From the NCBI GenBank assembly GCA_030950645.1, contig JAUZRF010000014.1:6670-38669 (forward strand): a stretch of DNA of 32,000 nt, given 5' to 3'. This document shows, piece after piece, positions 20,838 through 30,781 of the stretch. Origin of the DNA: Mariprofundales bacterium (lineage in GTDB: Bacteria; Pseudomonadota; Zetaproteobacteria; Mariprofundales; J009). The translations under genes were made by a program, and so were the position numbers. The first letter of the stretch is position 1. The number at the start of each line of letters is the position of its first letter. A model generated the notes under the pieces. The model ran no database searches. It was given only the letters and a program-made list of their open reading frames with translations, and was not told the origin of the DNA.

Positions 20838-22230
20838 GGTTTGGCTTGTAGGGGCCGGCGACAGGAACCCCTATGTAATCGGCCTGTTCTTGACTCAATG
20901 GCGTCAGATGGGCGCCGACCTTGTGCAGGTGAAGTCGTGCCACCTCTTCATCGAGATGCTTGGGCAGGGTGTAGACCTCATTGCTGTATTTACCCTCTGA
21001 GTCCGTGAACAGTTCGATCTGTGCTAGGGTTTGATTGCAGAACGAGTTGGACATAACAAAACTTGGATGTCCGGTCGCACATCCCAGATTTACCAACCGT
21101 CCCTCAGCCAGTAGCGTAATGCGAGTGCCATCTGGGAAGATGATCTGATCTACCTGCGGTTTCACATTATCCCACTCATATTTTCTCAGTGATGCTACAT
21201 CAATTTCACTATCGAAATGTCCGATATTACAGACAATAGCTTGATCCTGCATTGCAACCATGTGGTCGTGTTGAATGACATGGAAATTTCCGGTAGTGGT
21301 GACAAAGATGTTGCCCTGTTTGCAGGCATCATCCATATTGACCACGCGATAGCCCTCCATTGCGGCTTGCAGGGCGCAGATCGGATCGATCTCTGTTACC
21401 CACACGGTAGCGCCCATGCCCTTGAATGCTTGTGCACAACCCTTGCCGACATCGCCATACCCCAGCACCACACAGATCTTGCCGGCGATCATGACATCGG
21501 TAGCGCGTTTGATACCATCAAGCAGGGATTCGCGGCAGCCGTAGAGGTTGTCGAATTTGGATTTGGTTACCGAGTCGTTGACATTGATGGCCGGGAAAGG
21601 GAGGTCGCCTTTCTCCTGCATCTGATAGAGGCGATGAACACCGGTAGTGGTCTCTTCAGTAACACCACGGATTGCTGCCTTGCGCTCGGTGTACCAGCCA
21701 GGCTTGGTGGCTAACCGTTTTTTGATGGAGGCAAATAGTGCGACCTCTTCCTCACAGCTTGGGTGGTCGAGTACGGAAGGGTCGGCCTCTGCCTTCGAGC
21801 CCAAAATCACCAGCATGGTAGCATCACCGCCATCATCCAGGATTAAATTGGGGGTGCCACCATCGCTCCACTCCATGATGCGGTGGGAGAACTCCCAGTA
21901 CTCATCCAGGCTTTCACCCTTGAACGCATAGACGGGGATCTCTGTAGCGGCAATGGCCGCCGCAGCGTGATCCTGGGTGGAGAAGATGTTGCATGAAGCC
22001 CAGCGCACATCGGCGCCAAGTGCGGTCAGGGTTTCGATTAAGACACCGGTTTGGATGGTCATGTGTAGGGAGCCTGCGATGCGGGCGCCCTTAAGTGGCT
22101 GATCGGTGGCGTATTTTTCGCGAATAGCCATCAATCCGGGCATCTCGGTCTCGGCGATGGTCAACTCTTTGCGCCCGAAGGCGATGGTTTCAGCGGACAT
22201 GTCCGCTACTTGATAATCAGAAAAAGCCAT
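20824..22230 (-). CDS. ahcY: Adenosylhomocysteinase (S-adenosyl-L-homocysteine hydrolase)
   Basis: [32 protein letters not shown]-type motif ([21 protein letters not shown]), ends KPNHYRY. Confidence 0.98.
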   Translation of the reverse strand: MAFSDYQVADMSAETIAFGRKELTIAETEMPGLMAIREKYATDQPLKGARIAGSLHMTIQTGVLIETLTALGADVRWASCNIFSTQDHAAAAIAATEIPVYAFKGESLDEYWEFSHRIMEWSDGGTPNLILDDGGDATMLVILGSKAEADPSVLDHPSCEEEVALFASIKKRLATKPGWYTERKAAIRGVTEETTTGVHRLYQMQEKGDLPFPAINVNDSVTKSKFDNLYGCRESLLDGIKRATDVMIAGKICVVLGYGDVGKGCAQAFKGMGATVWVTEIDPICALQAAMEGYRVVNMDDACKQGNIFVTTTGNFHVIQHDHMVAMQDQAIVCNIGHFDSEIDVASLRKYEWDNVKPQVDQIIFPDGTRITLLAEGRLVNLGCATGHPSFVMSNSFCNQTLAQIELFTDSEGKYSNEVYTLPKHLDEEVARLHLHKVGAHLTPLSQEQADYIGVPVAGPYKPNHYRY

Positions 22231-22270
22231 GGTTGGTTCTCATACTCCTATTGGTTTGATAAAAATATAA

Positions 22271-22336
22271 GCACCGTTTGAAATTGCGACTGAGCCTGGC
22301 AAGTTGTTTCAAAACTTGTTGCAGTGCCCCTCAGTC
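22271..22336 (-). promoter_or_regulatory. SAH riboswitch upstream of ahcY
   Basis: Minus-strand GACTGAGGGGCACTGCAAC...TTGCCAGGCTCAGTC...AAACGGTGC. P1 is GACTGAG/CTCAGTC. GCACTG pairs with CGGTGC as the pseudoknot. About 40 nt upstream of the ahcY ATG. Confidence 0.9.
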
Positions 22337-22350
22337 TTAAGAGGTTTTTA

Positions 22351-22419
22351 CCACCGAGGTACAGGGTATACGGAGAAATATATTGTATATATCACGCAGT
22401 GTACTCTGTACCTCGGTGG
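22351..22419 (-). repeat. Long inverted repeat (21-nt arms, 19 paired) between metK and the SAH riboswitch
   Basis: CCACCGAGGTACAGGGTATAC (22351-22371) and GTGTACTCTGTACCTCGGTGG (22399-22419). Confidence 0.85.
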
Positions 22420-22431
22420 AGATATAAAGGC

Positions 22432-23598
22432 TTATGTGAGTGCGGCCTTGAGCGCTTCCACCTTATCGGTACGCTCCCAGGTGAACTCAGGCAGTTCGCG
22501 GCCGAAGTGGCCATAGGCTGCGGTCTTGGCATAGATCGGGCGTAGCAGATCGAGTTGCTGTACGATCCCCTTGGGGCGCATGTCAAACACCTCCCGGACT
22601 GCATCGGATAGCTTGGTCTCATCCACCGTGCCGGTACCAAAGGTGTCGATCATTACCGACAGCGGGTGGGCAACGCCAATGGCGTAGGCCACCTGAACCT
22701 CACAACGCTCAGCTAGGCCAGCGGCCACGATGTTTTTGGCCACATAACGCATCATATAGCAGGCAGAACGATCCACTTTAGAGGGATCCTTGCCTGAAAA
22801 TGCCCCGCCACCGTGGTGGCCGAAGCCGCCATAGGTGTCAACGATGATTTTACGACCAGTGACACCGCAATCACCAACCGGACCGCCGATCACAAAGCGT
22901 CCAGTCGGGTTGATGTGGTAGGCAGTATCGGCATGAAGCAGGCCTGTGGGATCTAGAATGGGTTTGATTACCTCATCCATGATGGCCGCCGAGAGATCCG
23001 TATGGCTAACATCGGGGTTATGCTGAGTTGAGAGCACCACCGCATCAATCGCTACGGGCTTGCCCGCCTCGTAACGCACGGAGACCTGTGATTTGGCATC
23101 GGGGCGCAAAAACTTCAGTACGCCCGCTTTGCGCACCGCTGCCTGCTTGGCCATCAGAAGGTGGGACAGGTGGATGGCGGTTGGCATCAACACATCCGTT
23201 TCGTTGCTGGCATAGCCAAACATCAGGCCCTGGTCACCAGCGCCTTGATCCAGATCTAGACCCTCACCTTCGTTGACGCCCTGGGCGATATCCACCGACT
23301 GCTTATCTAAGTTAACCAAGACTGCGCAAGACTGCCAGTCAAAACCCATCTCTGACGAGTTGTAGCCAATCTCTTTGATCGCTTCACGCACAACTTGTTG
23401 GTAATCCACCACCGCAGAGGTGGTGATCTCGCCAGCAATCAGCGCCATGCCGGTAGTGACCATGGTTTCACAGGCTACACGGCTCTGTTTGTCCTGACTT
23501 AACAGTGCATCAAGGATGCCGTCAGAGATGCGGTCTGCGACCTTGTCGGGGTGACCTTCGGAAACGGATTCACTGGTAAAAACGAAATTGCGCGACAT
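22432..23598 (-). CDS. metK: S-adenosylmethionine synthase
   Basis: [58 protein letters not shown]. Confidence 0.98.
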   Translation of the reverse strand: MSRNFVFTSESVSEGHPDKVADRISDGILDALLSQDKQSRVACETMVTTGMALIAGEITTSAVVDYQQVVREAIKEIGYNSSEMGFDWQSCAVLVNLDKQSVDIAQGVNEGEGLDLDQGAGDQGLMFGYASNETDVLMPTAIHLSHLLMAKQAAVRKAGVLKFLRPDAKSQVSVRYEAGKPVAIDAVVLSTQHNPDVSHTDLSAAIMDEVIKPILDPTGLLHADTAYHINPTGRFVIGGPVGDCGVTGRKIIVDTYGGFGHHGGGAFSGKDPSKVDRSACYMMRYVAKNIVAAGLAERCEVQVAYAIGVAHPLSVMIDTFGTGTVDETKLSDAVREVFDMRPKGIVQQLDLLRPIYAKTAAYGHFGRELPEFTWERTDKVEALKAALT

Positions 23599-23716
23599 GA
23601 ATGGAGGTGCTCCTAAAGTTGGGAATTAGAACAAATGCGTGGCGCATGATAGCGCCAGCGAGTAAATTTCCAACTAGACCTTAGCCGAAAATCCTAATGG
23701 GTATTTTTCCTCTTTT

Positions 23717-23837
23717 GTAACTACTCAGCTCACTCCCAGTTTTCCTGCTAGCGGCGTTGAAAAATGCTCATTTACAGTAGTAAACTCCGCTTTTTCGCCT
23801 TGCTATCAGAAAAACCGGAAGCAATCTGAGCAGTTAC
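23717..23837 (+). repeat. GTAAC-family core-only copy G, 121 bp, perfect 8-bp TSD
   Basis: CCTCTTTT (23709-23716) | GTAACTACTCAGCTCACTCCCAG...GCAATCTGAGCAGTTAC | CCTCTTTT (23838-23845); tail absent. Confidence 0.95.
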
Positions 23838-23890
23838 CCTCTTTTGAAGTTTCCTGAATTCAGGCTTTTTAACTACTCAGCTCCCCCCTG

Positions 23891-24448
23891 TTAAAACATC
23901 CCCAGTTGCAGCTTGGCGGTATCGCTCATCATGGCGCGATCCCATGGCGGGTCGAAAACCAGTTCGACATGAACATCGTGGACATGGCGCAAAGCGAGCA
24001 CCTTGCTGCGTACATCCTCAATGATGAACGGCCCCATGCCGCAGCCGGGGGCAGTGAGGGTCATGATGATCTCAACGATACTGTTGCCGTCGTCATCATC
24101 GACGATATGAATATCATAGACCAGTCCGAGGTCAACAATATTGACTGGTATTTCAGGATCATAGCAGGTTTTTAGCTCCTCACGCACCCGATCCTCTTCA
24201 ATGATTCCCGGGGTGTCATCAATCGGTTGAGTGAGTGGTTCCTCGGCAGTGTTATCACTGACTCCAAGTGCTGCTGCATCCTTACCATCCACGCGTGCCA
24301 AGTTGCCACCTACCTCCACGGTGTAGGATCCGCCCAACTGTTGGGTGATGGCGATTTTGGCCCCTTTGGGGATCACCACTGGGGTACCAAGTGGGATCAT
24401 GATGGCATCGATATTGTCGGTGGTGACGGTCCAGTTTCGGGATGGCAT
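23891..24448 (-). CDS. sufT: SufT, SUF-associated MIP18/DUF59 domain protein
   Basis: LKTCYDPEIPVNIVDLGLVYDI, TLTAPGCGMGPFIIEDVRSKV, VELVFDPPWDRAMMSDTAKLQLGM. Confidence 0.9.
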   Translation of the reverse strand: MPSRNWTVTTDNIDAIMIPLGTPVVIPKGAKIAITQQLGGSYTVEVGGNLARVDGKDAAALGVSDNTAEEPLTQPIDDTPGIIEEDRVREELKTCYDPEIPVNIVDLGLVYDIHIVDDDDGNSIVEIIMTLTAPGCGMGPFIIEDVRSKVLALRHVHDVHVELVFDPPWDRAMMSDTAKLQLGMF

Positions 24449-24458
24449 AATTCTCTCT

Positions 24459-24911
24459 CTACTCCGTTTTGGCGCGGGTTGCGCCCTCTATCGCCGCCTT
24501 GGCGGTGTGCCAGCACAGGGTGGCGCATTTGATGCGGCTGGGGAATTCACGAACTCCGGCCAGTGCCGCCAATTTGCCGAGCGTGGCCTGATCTGGCTCT
24601 TCGTCAAGGTCGCAGGTGGTCATGTGGTGGAACTGTGCAAACAGCTGTTTGAATGCATCCACACTTTTCCCGATCAGTGATTGGGTCATCAATGAGGCGG
24701 AAGCGGTGGAGATGGCGCACCCCTCGCCCTCAAAACGCACCTGCTGGATGATGCCGTCATTATCAATGTTCAGGTAAAGGTGCAGTTGATCGCCACAGAG
24801 CGGGTTGTAGCCCTCGGCATCGTGGCTGCATGGCTCCAGCTTGCCAAAGTTGCGCGGGCTTTTGTTGTGATCAACAATCACCTGCTGATACAATGACTTC
24901 AGATCAAACAT
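24459..24911 (-). CDS. sufU: SufU-type Fe-S scaffold/transfer protein
   Basis: LYQQVIVDHNKSPRNFG, NPLCGDQLHLYL, GEGCAISTASASLMTQSL, RIKCATLCWHTAKAAI. Confidence 0.94.
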   Translation of the reverse strand: MFDLKSLYQQVIVDHNKSPRNFGKLEPCSHDAEGYNPLCGDQLHLYLNIDNDGIIQQVRFEGEGCAISTASASLMTQSLIGKSVDAFKQLFAQFHHMTTCDLDEEPDQATLGKLAALAGVREFPSRIKCATLCWHTAKAAIEGATRAKTE

Positions 24912-25004
24912 GGGGAATTTTCATCGCGGTTTTCTTCCTCGACATCCTCGATATCCACGCCTCTGCGGTAAATCTTTTCTTGATGCAGATAGCCCATGCA
25001 ACCA

Positions 25005-26219
25005 TCATGCAAACATCTCCTGCGCCTTGGTCAATGCGGCAAACAGTGCATCGACCTCATCAATGGTATTGTAAACCGCAAACGAGGCGCGGGCGGTGGC
25101 GGGCACCTTGAAGTGTTGCATTACCGGCATGGCGCAGTGGTGTCCGGCACGGATCGCTACCCCTTCGCTGTCGAGAATGGTGCCGAGATCGTGCGGGTGT
25201 ACTCCGGCCAGTACAAAGGAGAGCACGCATGCCTTGTTTGGCGCGTTACCGATGATACGCAGCCCCGTAAATTGCTCGGCTTTTGCGGTGGCATAGGTAA
25301 GAAGCTCGCGCTCTTGCGCCGCAATGGCGGGAAATCCCAGCTGTTGCAACCAGTTGATGGCGGCACCGAAGCCAATCACGCCGGCAATATTGGGTGTTCC
25401 CGCCTCAAATTTGTGCGGTAGATCGTTGTACTGCGTCTGCGCAAAGCTGACGGTGCGGATCATGTCGCCACCACCCTGGTAGGGCGGCATGGCATCGAGC
25501 AGGGTCGCTTTGGCAATCAACACGCCGGTGCCGGTCGGGCCGTACATTTTGTGGGCGCTGGTGACATAAAAGTCGACATCCAACAGCTGGAGATCGACCG
25601 CGAGATGCCCTGCGGCCTGTGCACCATCGATCAAAACCAATGCCCCAACAGCGTGCGCCTTGGTGATGATTTCAGCAATCGGATTGATGGTGCCGAGAGC
25701 ATTGGACATCTGCACGATGCCAACCAATTTGGTGCGCTCGGAGAGTAGGTCATCCAGTTGCTCCATGCACAGCGCGCCACAGTCATCCATCGGTAGCACC
25801 TTAATGACGGCACCAGTGCGTGTAGCGATCATCTGCCACGGCACGATGTTGGAGTGGTGCTCCATCTCGCTAAGCAGGATTTCATCACCTGCGTGAAGAT
25901 TGGTTCCACCCCAGCTTGCTGCGACCAGATTGATCGCCTCGGTGGCGCCGCGGGTAAAGATCACCTCGCGGATGGAGGCGGCATTGAACAGTTTGGCAAT
26001 GTTGCTGCGTGCCGACTCATAGGCGGCGGTAGCACGCTCGGAGAGCAGGTGTACGCCACGGTGGATATTGGCATTGTCCGCCTGGTAGTAGTGACGCACG
26101 GCATCGATCACGCACTGCGGTTTTTGGGTGGTAGCGGCGTTGTCGAGATAGACCAGTGGATGGCCATGCGCCTGCTGATGCAGAATCGGAAACTGCTCGC
26201 GGATGGCATCGATATTCAT
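25005..26219 (-). CDS. sufS: Cysteine desulfurase SufS
   Basis: YLDNAATTQKPQCVIDAV, VDFYVTSAHKMYGPTGTGVLIAK (PLP Lys), AGHHCAMPVMQHF. Confidence 0.96.
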   Translation of the reverse strand: MNIDAIREQFPILHQQAHGHPLVYLDNAATTQKPQCVIDAVRHYYQADNANIHRGVHLLSERATAAYESARSNIAKLFNAASIREVIFTRGATEAINLVAASWGGTNLHAGDEILLSEMEHHSNIVPWQMIATRTGAVIKVLPMDDCGALCMEQLDDLLSERTKLVGIVQMSNALGTINPIAEIITKAHAVGALVLIDGAQAAGHLAVDLQLLDVDFYVTSAHKMYGPTGTGVLIAKATLLDAMPPYQGGGDMIRTVSFAQTQYNDLPHKFEAGTPNIAGVIGFGAAINWLQQLGFPAIAAQERELLTYATAKAEQFTGLRIIGNAPNKACVLSFVLAGVHPHDLGTILDSEGVAIRAGHHCAMPVMQHFKVPATARASFAVYNTIDEVDALFAALTKAQEMFA

Positions 26220-26250
26220 GCGATCTTCCGGTGCTGGAAGATTTTTTTAC

Positions 26251-26317
26251 CACCAAGGCACAAAGAGACAAAGTTTAATGAAACATCGAACACACTTTGT
26301 GCCTTCGTGCCGTTGTG
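26251..26317. repeat. Imperfect inverted repeat (24-nt arms, 19 matching) between sufD and sufS
   Basis: CACCAAGGCACAAAGAGACAAAGT (26251-26274) vs ACTTTGTGCCTTCGTGCCGTTGTG (26294-26317). Confidence 0.8.
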
Positions 26318-26345
26318 TTTGAAAATATTACATTTATTCATCCTA

Positions 26346-27518
26346 TTACGCTCCATGTGGCAGTTTGGCCATGATGGCTTGTTCGATCACTTTGCGTAGC
26401 TCGGGGATCGCTACCGTATCGAGCAACGCTTCGGCGAAGGCGATGGTGAGTAGCTGGCGCGCTTCGGCCTTGGCTATCCCGCGTGATTGTAGGTAAAACA
26501 GCTGTTCGGCATCGAGTTGACCGACGGTGGCACCGTGGGCGCATTTTACATCGTCGTTGTAGATCTCCAGCTCCGGTTTGGTATCCACCTGTGCCCGTTT
26601 GGAGAGCAGCAGGTTGGCGTTGGTTTGTGCTGAATCGGTACCATTCGCCCCCTTGGCCACCCGCACGGCACCGTTGAAAACTACGCGGGCGCGGTCATCG
26701 GCTACCGTGCGGTAGTGGACGCGACTGCGGCAGTGTGGGGCAGCGTGGTTGATATGCAGGTGGTGGTCGGCGTGCTGCCGCCCCGCTAGCACCATCAGTC
26801 CATTGAGGGTGCACTCCGCCCCCTGCTCCAGCAGCGTGGTGACGAGGTCAAGTCGGGAGAGCGCACTGCCCAGTTCGGCTGCAAACAGACGGTAGCGGCT
26901 ATCGCGGTGCTGTCCGATCTCGATCCGGCCGAGATGAAAATGGCTGGCGCTGTTTTGTTGGATGCGGTAGTGGTCAAGGGCGGCATTGGCTTGCAGACGA
27001 ATCTGGCATAAGCTGGTACCCACTCCGGCACCTGTGGCAACGCCGTGAAAATGGTCGATCAATGTTGCGTTGGTACCTGCCCCGATATGGATACCATGGA
27101 GACGCGCGCTGCTTCCTGTTGCTTCAGGGTGTGTGATCAGAATTGGCTGTTCCAACTCAACGCCGTCCGCGATGCAGAGGCAGATTCCGCCATCCGCCAA
27201 GGCGCGAGCCAACTTGGCGCTGTAGGGCAGGGGGGGCGCTGGCGGCAGATCAAACAGCCCGTGATCGCTTTCGCGCCAGGGTCGTAGTGTGACGCCATCT
27301 GGCAGTGCACGGTCGCAACTCGCCGTAGCGGCATTGATGCGGATGCTATCGAGCGTCAGTTCGGAGGGTGTAGCCACAGGCGTGCCCGCACGCTGTTGCC
27401 ACCACGCCGCACCCAGCGCCGCTACCAGCGGTGATAAACTCGTATATTTCCAATCCTCATCCTGTAGCGAAGGCAAGGCGATTCCTGTCAATTGCTGCGG
27501 CGCATTATTGGTCAGCAT
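26346..27518 (-). CDS. sufD: Fe-S cluster assembly protein SufD
   Basis: C-terminal SufBD core: KCAHGATVGQLDAEQLFYLQSRGIAKAEARQLLTIAFAEALLD; between sufC and sufS. Confidence 0.95.
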   Translation of the reverse strand: MLTNNAPQQLTGIALPSLQDEDWKYTSLSPLVAALGAAWWQQRAGTPVATPSELTLDSIRINAATASCDRALPDGVTLRPWRESDHGLFDLPPAPPLPYSAKLARALADGGICLCIADGVELEQPILITHPEATGSSARLHGIHIGAGTNATLIDHFHGVATGAGVGTSLCQIRLQANAALDHYRIQQNSASHFHLGRIEIGQHRDSRYRLFAAELGSALSRLDLVTTLLEQGAECTLNGLMVLAGRQHADHHLHINHAAPHCRSRVHYRTVADDRARVVFNGAVRVAKGANGTDSAQTNANLLLSKRAQVDTKPELEIYNDDVKCAHGATVGQLDAEQLFYLQSRGIAKAEARQLLTIAFAEALLDTVAIPELRKVIEQAIMAKLPHGA

Positions 27519-27552
27519 TAATGGTTACTCTGTGTCTCTGTGGTGAAAATAT

Positions 27553-28308
27553 TCATGCGGCAGTATCCTTTTCCAGTAGCCAGTCATATCCCTCTTTCTC
27601 AAGCTTATGCGCTAGCTTAGCATCGCCGGAGGTGAGAATTTCCCCATTGGCCAAGACATGAACAAAATCGGGTGTAATGTAATCGAGCAGGCGTTGGTAG
27701 TGGGTGATCATGACGATGGCGCGTTCGGGATTGCGGAGCTTATTGATGCCACCAGCGACGATGCGCAGGGCATCAATGTCCAGCCCAGAGTCGGTCTCAT
27801 CGAGCAGCGCCAATTTGGGCTCAAGTACCGCCATTTGGAAGATCTCGTTGCGCTTTTTCTCGCCGCCGGAAAAACCGACATTAACCGAGCGCGACAGGAA
27901 TGCGGGGTCAAGTTCAACCAGCCGAGCCTTCTCCTGCACCATCTGCATAAAATCCATCGCATCAAGCTCTTCCAGCCCCTGTTGCCTGCGCCGGGCATTG
28001 ACCCCTGCCTTAAGCAGGTAGGTGTTGTTGACCCCAGGGATCTCCACCGGGTACTGAAAGGCGAGGAAAATCCCCGCCCACGCCCGCTCCTCCGGTTTCA
28101 TCTCCAGCAGATCTTGATCGAAGTAGCGGATGCTGCCTTGGGTAACGGTGTAACCATTGCGGCCTGCAATCACATTCGACAGCGTCGATTTCCCCGACCC
28201 ATTCGGCCCCATAATTGCATGCACCTCGCCAGCGTTGATGGTGAGGTTGATCCCCTTAAGAATAGCCTTGCCATCCACTTCGACATGTAAATTTTCAATT
28301 TTTATCAT
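27553..28308 (-). CDS. sufC: Fe-S cluster assembly ATPase SufC
   Basis: IMGPNGSGKSTLSNVIAG Walker A, NVGFSGGEKKRNEIFQMAVLEPKLALLDETDSGLDIDAL. Confidence 0.98.
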   Translation of the reverse strand: MIKIENLHVEVDGKAILKGINLTINAGEVHAIMGPNGSGKSTLSNVIAGRNGYTVTQGSIRYFDQDLLEMKPEERAWAGIFLAFQYPVEIPGVNNTYLLKAGVNARRRQQGLEELDAMDFMQMVQEKARLVELDPAFLSRSVNVGFSGGEKKRNEIFQMAVLEPKLALLDETDSGLDIDALRIVAGGINKLRNPERAIVMITHYQRLLDYITPDFVHVLANGEILTSGDAKLAHKLEKEGYDWLLEKDTAA

Positions 28309-28366
28309 ATGTTAAAACCTTTTTTATTAACCACAAAGGCACGAAGACACAAAGTTTTTTGTATCA

Positions 28367-28698
28367 TTATAGTGCAATGCGTTTAATCCCTTGTTTGATA
28401 AGTGGTAACTACTCAGCTCACTCCCGGTTTTTCTGATAGCGGCGTTGAAAAATGCTCATTTACAGTAGTAAACTCCGCTTTTTCGCCTTGCTATCAGAAA
28501 AACCGGAAGCAATCTGAGCAGTTACAGCCATTTTCTGGTCGGGTGCTGAGTCGTTACGATAAGTGGAACATTGAAGTTCACCAATAGTCCCAGCTTGGTG
28601 TTGGTCAGCTTCATATAGGTGAGAATTTGGGCTTGATGCACGCGAAAGATTGCATCAACTACATGGCGGGAGAGCGTATTGAGAGTGTTGCTAACCAT
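28367..28698 (-). pseudogene. GxxExxY-family gene relic, internally deleted and interrupted by MITE copy H
   Basis: Minus-strand translation [21 protein letters not shown]|[26 protein letters not shown], then after removal of the MITE and one TSD copy KQGIKRIAL*. Confidence 0.85.
28405..28557 (+). repeat. GTAAC-family MITE copy H, 153 bp, perfect 8-bp TSD
   Basis: GATAAGTG (28397-28404) | GTAACTACTCAGC...GCTGAGTCGTTAC | GATAAGTG (28558-28565). Confidence 0.97.
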
Positions 28699-28743
28699 TT
28701 TTCCTTTGTGTCTTCGTGCCTTTGTGGTTATTTTCCTCTTTCT

Positions 28744-30198
28744 TCATCCCACGGCACCCTCTAAAGAGACCTCCATCAGTCGGTTGGCCTCGACAGCGAA
28801 CTCCATCGGCAATACATCGAAGACATCCTTGCAGAAGCCGTTGACGATCATCTGGATCGCATCCTCCTCGGATAGCCCGCGTTGCTGGCAGTAGAAGAGC
28901 TGATCTTCATTGATCTTGGAGGTGGTGGCCTCGTGTTCCACGGTGGCGGTTGGATTGGCCACCTCCATGTAGGGGAAGGTGTGGGCGCCGCACTGGTCGC
29001 CGAGTAGCAGCGAGTCGCACTGGGTGTGGTTGCGCGCCCCTTCTGCCCCTTTGCCGATTTTGACCAGTCCGCGATAGGATTGGTTGCCGTGACCTGCGGC
29101 GATCCCTTTGGAAATAATGGTGCTTTTGGTGCGTTTGCCGAGGTGGATCATCTTGGTGCCGGTATCGGCCTGTTGGTAGTTGTTGGTCAGTGCGACCGAA
29201 AAGAACTCGCCCACCGAATCATCACCGCGCAGCACGCAGCTGGGGTATTTCCAGGTGATGGCGGAGCCAGTCTCCACCTGGGTCCACGAGATGCGGGCGC
29301 GCGCCCCTCGGCAGTCACCGCGTTTGGTGACGAAGTTGTAGATGCCGCCGACGCCATTTTCATCGCCAGGATACCAGTTTTGCACCGTGGCGTACTTGAT
29401 CTGGGCATCTTCCAGTGCTACCAACTCCACCACTGCGGCATGGAGCTGGTTTTCATCGCGCATCGGGGCGGTGCACCCCTCCAGGTAGGAGACGAAGGCG
29501 GCATCTTCGGCAATAATCAGGGTGCGCTCGAATTGGCCGGTGTTGGCGGCGTTGATGCGAAAGTAGGTGGAGAGCTCCATCGGGCAACGCACCCCTTTGG
29601 GGATGAAAACAAAGGAGCCATCGGTGAACACCGCCGAGTTAAGGGCGGCAAAGAAGTTGTCGCTCGGTGGCACCACGCTACCGAGGTAGGCTTGCACCAA
29701 CTCTGGATATTCGCGCACCGCTTCCGAGATCGGGCAGAAGATTACCCCCGCCTCTTTGAGCTTGGCTTTGAAGGTGGTGGCAACCGATACCGAATCGAAT
29801 ATCGCATCGACCGCCACGCCGGCCAACATCTCCTGCTCCCGTAGTGGAATCCCTAGCTTGGCGTAGGTTTCCAACAGCTTAGGATCTACCTCATCCAGGC
29901 TTTTTGGGCCATCGCCTTTGCTTTTTGGCGCGGAGTAGTAGGAGATGGCTTGGTAATCGATTGGTGTGAAATTGACATCTGCCCAGGTCGGCTCAGAGAT
30001 GGTGAGCCAGTGGCGAAAAGCCTCTAGTCGCCACTCGGTGAGCCAGGTTGGCTCCTCCTTTTTGGCTGAGATGTGGCGAATCGTCGCCTCGCTTAGACCC
30101 GGCGGCAGGGTATCTTGCTCAATGTCGGTGACAAAACCGGCATCGTAATCGCGGTTGGCAAAGTCGGCGGCGGTAGGGGTATCAGTAGGGTTGCTCAT
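28744..30198 (-). CDS. sufB: Fe-S cluster assembly protein SufB (start trimmed to [12 protein letters not shown])
   Basis: [62 protein letters not shown]. Internal ATG overlaps the regulator stop. Confidence 0.96.
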   Translation of the reverse strand: MSNPTDTPTAADFANRDYDAGFVTDIEQDTLPPGLSEATIRHISAKKEEPTWLTEWRLEAFRHWLTISEPTWADVNFTPIDYQAISYYSAPKSKGDGPKSLDEVDPKLLETYAKLGIPLREQEMLAGVAVDAIFDSVSVATTFKAKLKEAGVIFCPISEAVREYPELVQAYLGSVVPPSDNFFAALNSAVFTDGSFVFIPKGVRCPMELSTYFRINAANTGQFERTLIIAEDAAFVSYLEGCTAPMRDENQLHAAVVELVALEDAQIKYATVQNWYPGDENGVGGIYNFVTKRGDCRGARARISWTQVETGSAITWKYPSCVLRGDDSVGEFFSVALTNNYQQADTGTKMIHLGKRTKSTIISKGIAAGHGNQSYRGLVKIGKGAEGARNHTQCDSLLLGDQCGAHTFPYMEVANPTATVEHEATTSKINEDQLFYCQQRGLSEEDAIQMIVNGFCKDVFDVLPMEFAVEANRLMEVSLEGAVG

Positions 30199-30671
30199 GA
30201 TTCCTCCAGATAGATTGGGGTGGTGTGGTGGTGGTGAATGGTCGGTTGATGAACAAATCTTGGTTGAAAATCTTCGCCTGCCATGTCGGCTAGGGTGATG
30301 GAGTTGAGTAGCGTACGCATCGCCTCGTTGATGCGCTGCCAGTTGCCGCGTAGGGCGCAATCGTGCTGCTGATCACACTGGCTGTGGTCACTATTGCACT
30401 CGGTGAGCGCGATCTCACCCTCCAGCGCATCGACCACCTCTTTTACGGTGATGGCCGATGGCTGCCGCGCCAGACGATAGCCGCCTTGGGCACCGCGCTG
30501 AGAGACGAGAAGGTTTTTATTTAGTAATGATTGCAAAACCTTACTTACGGTTGGCGCAGGCACACCGGTGGCTAGTGACAGGCCATTGGCCTTCCATACC
30601 GGCTGCTCGGAGGCGGCAAGATGTGACATCAGTAGCATGCCATAATCGGTGATTTTTGAGAGACGAAGCAT
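30195..30671 (-). CDS. Rrf2-family SUF system regulator (start trimmed to [11 protein letters not shown])
   Basis: [19 protein letters not shown]...[32 protein letters not shown]; Cys cluster [15 protein letters not shown]; translationally coupled to sufB. Confidence 0.92.
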   Translation of the reverse strand: MLRLSKITDYGMLLMSHLAASEQPVWKANGLSLATGVPAPTVSKVLQSLLNKNLLVSQRGAQGGYRLARQPSAITVKEVVDALEGEIALTECNSDHSQCDQQHDCALRGNWQRINEAMRTLLNSITLADMAGEDFQPRFVHQPTIHHHHTTPIYLEES

Positions 30672-30781
30672 AGAATCGTAGTGGTACTCCAATGTGGAGC
30701 ATTCTAGTCCGGATTAAATCGCTGGCAAGTTTTTTGATCTCCTCACCCTTGCAGGGGGAGGGGTAACAGAGGAGAGCGGCC

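Larger units (their letters stand above)
28328..28730. repeat. 27-bp perfect inverted repeat flanking the invaded sufB-sufC spacer
   Basis: TAACCACAAAGGCACGAAGACACAAAG (28328-28354) and its exact reverse complement at 28704-28730. Confidence 0.92.

Noticed and set aside
23599-23708. SAM riboswitch upstream of metK
   Set aside because: Only a short TGGCGC...GCGCCA hairpin is visible; no recognised SAM-class core could be assembled by eye.
23874-23890. Additional element TAACTACTCAGCTCC next to the sufT stop
   Set aside because: Only a single end-like motif with no partner end or TSD; at most a decayed fragment, not listed as a separate feature.
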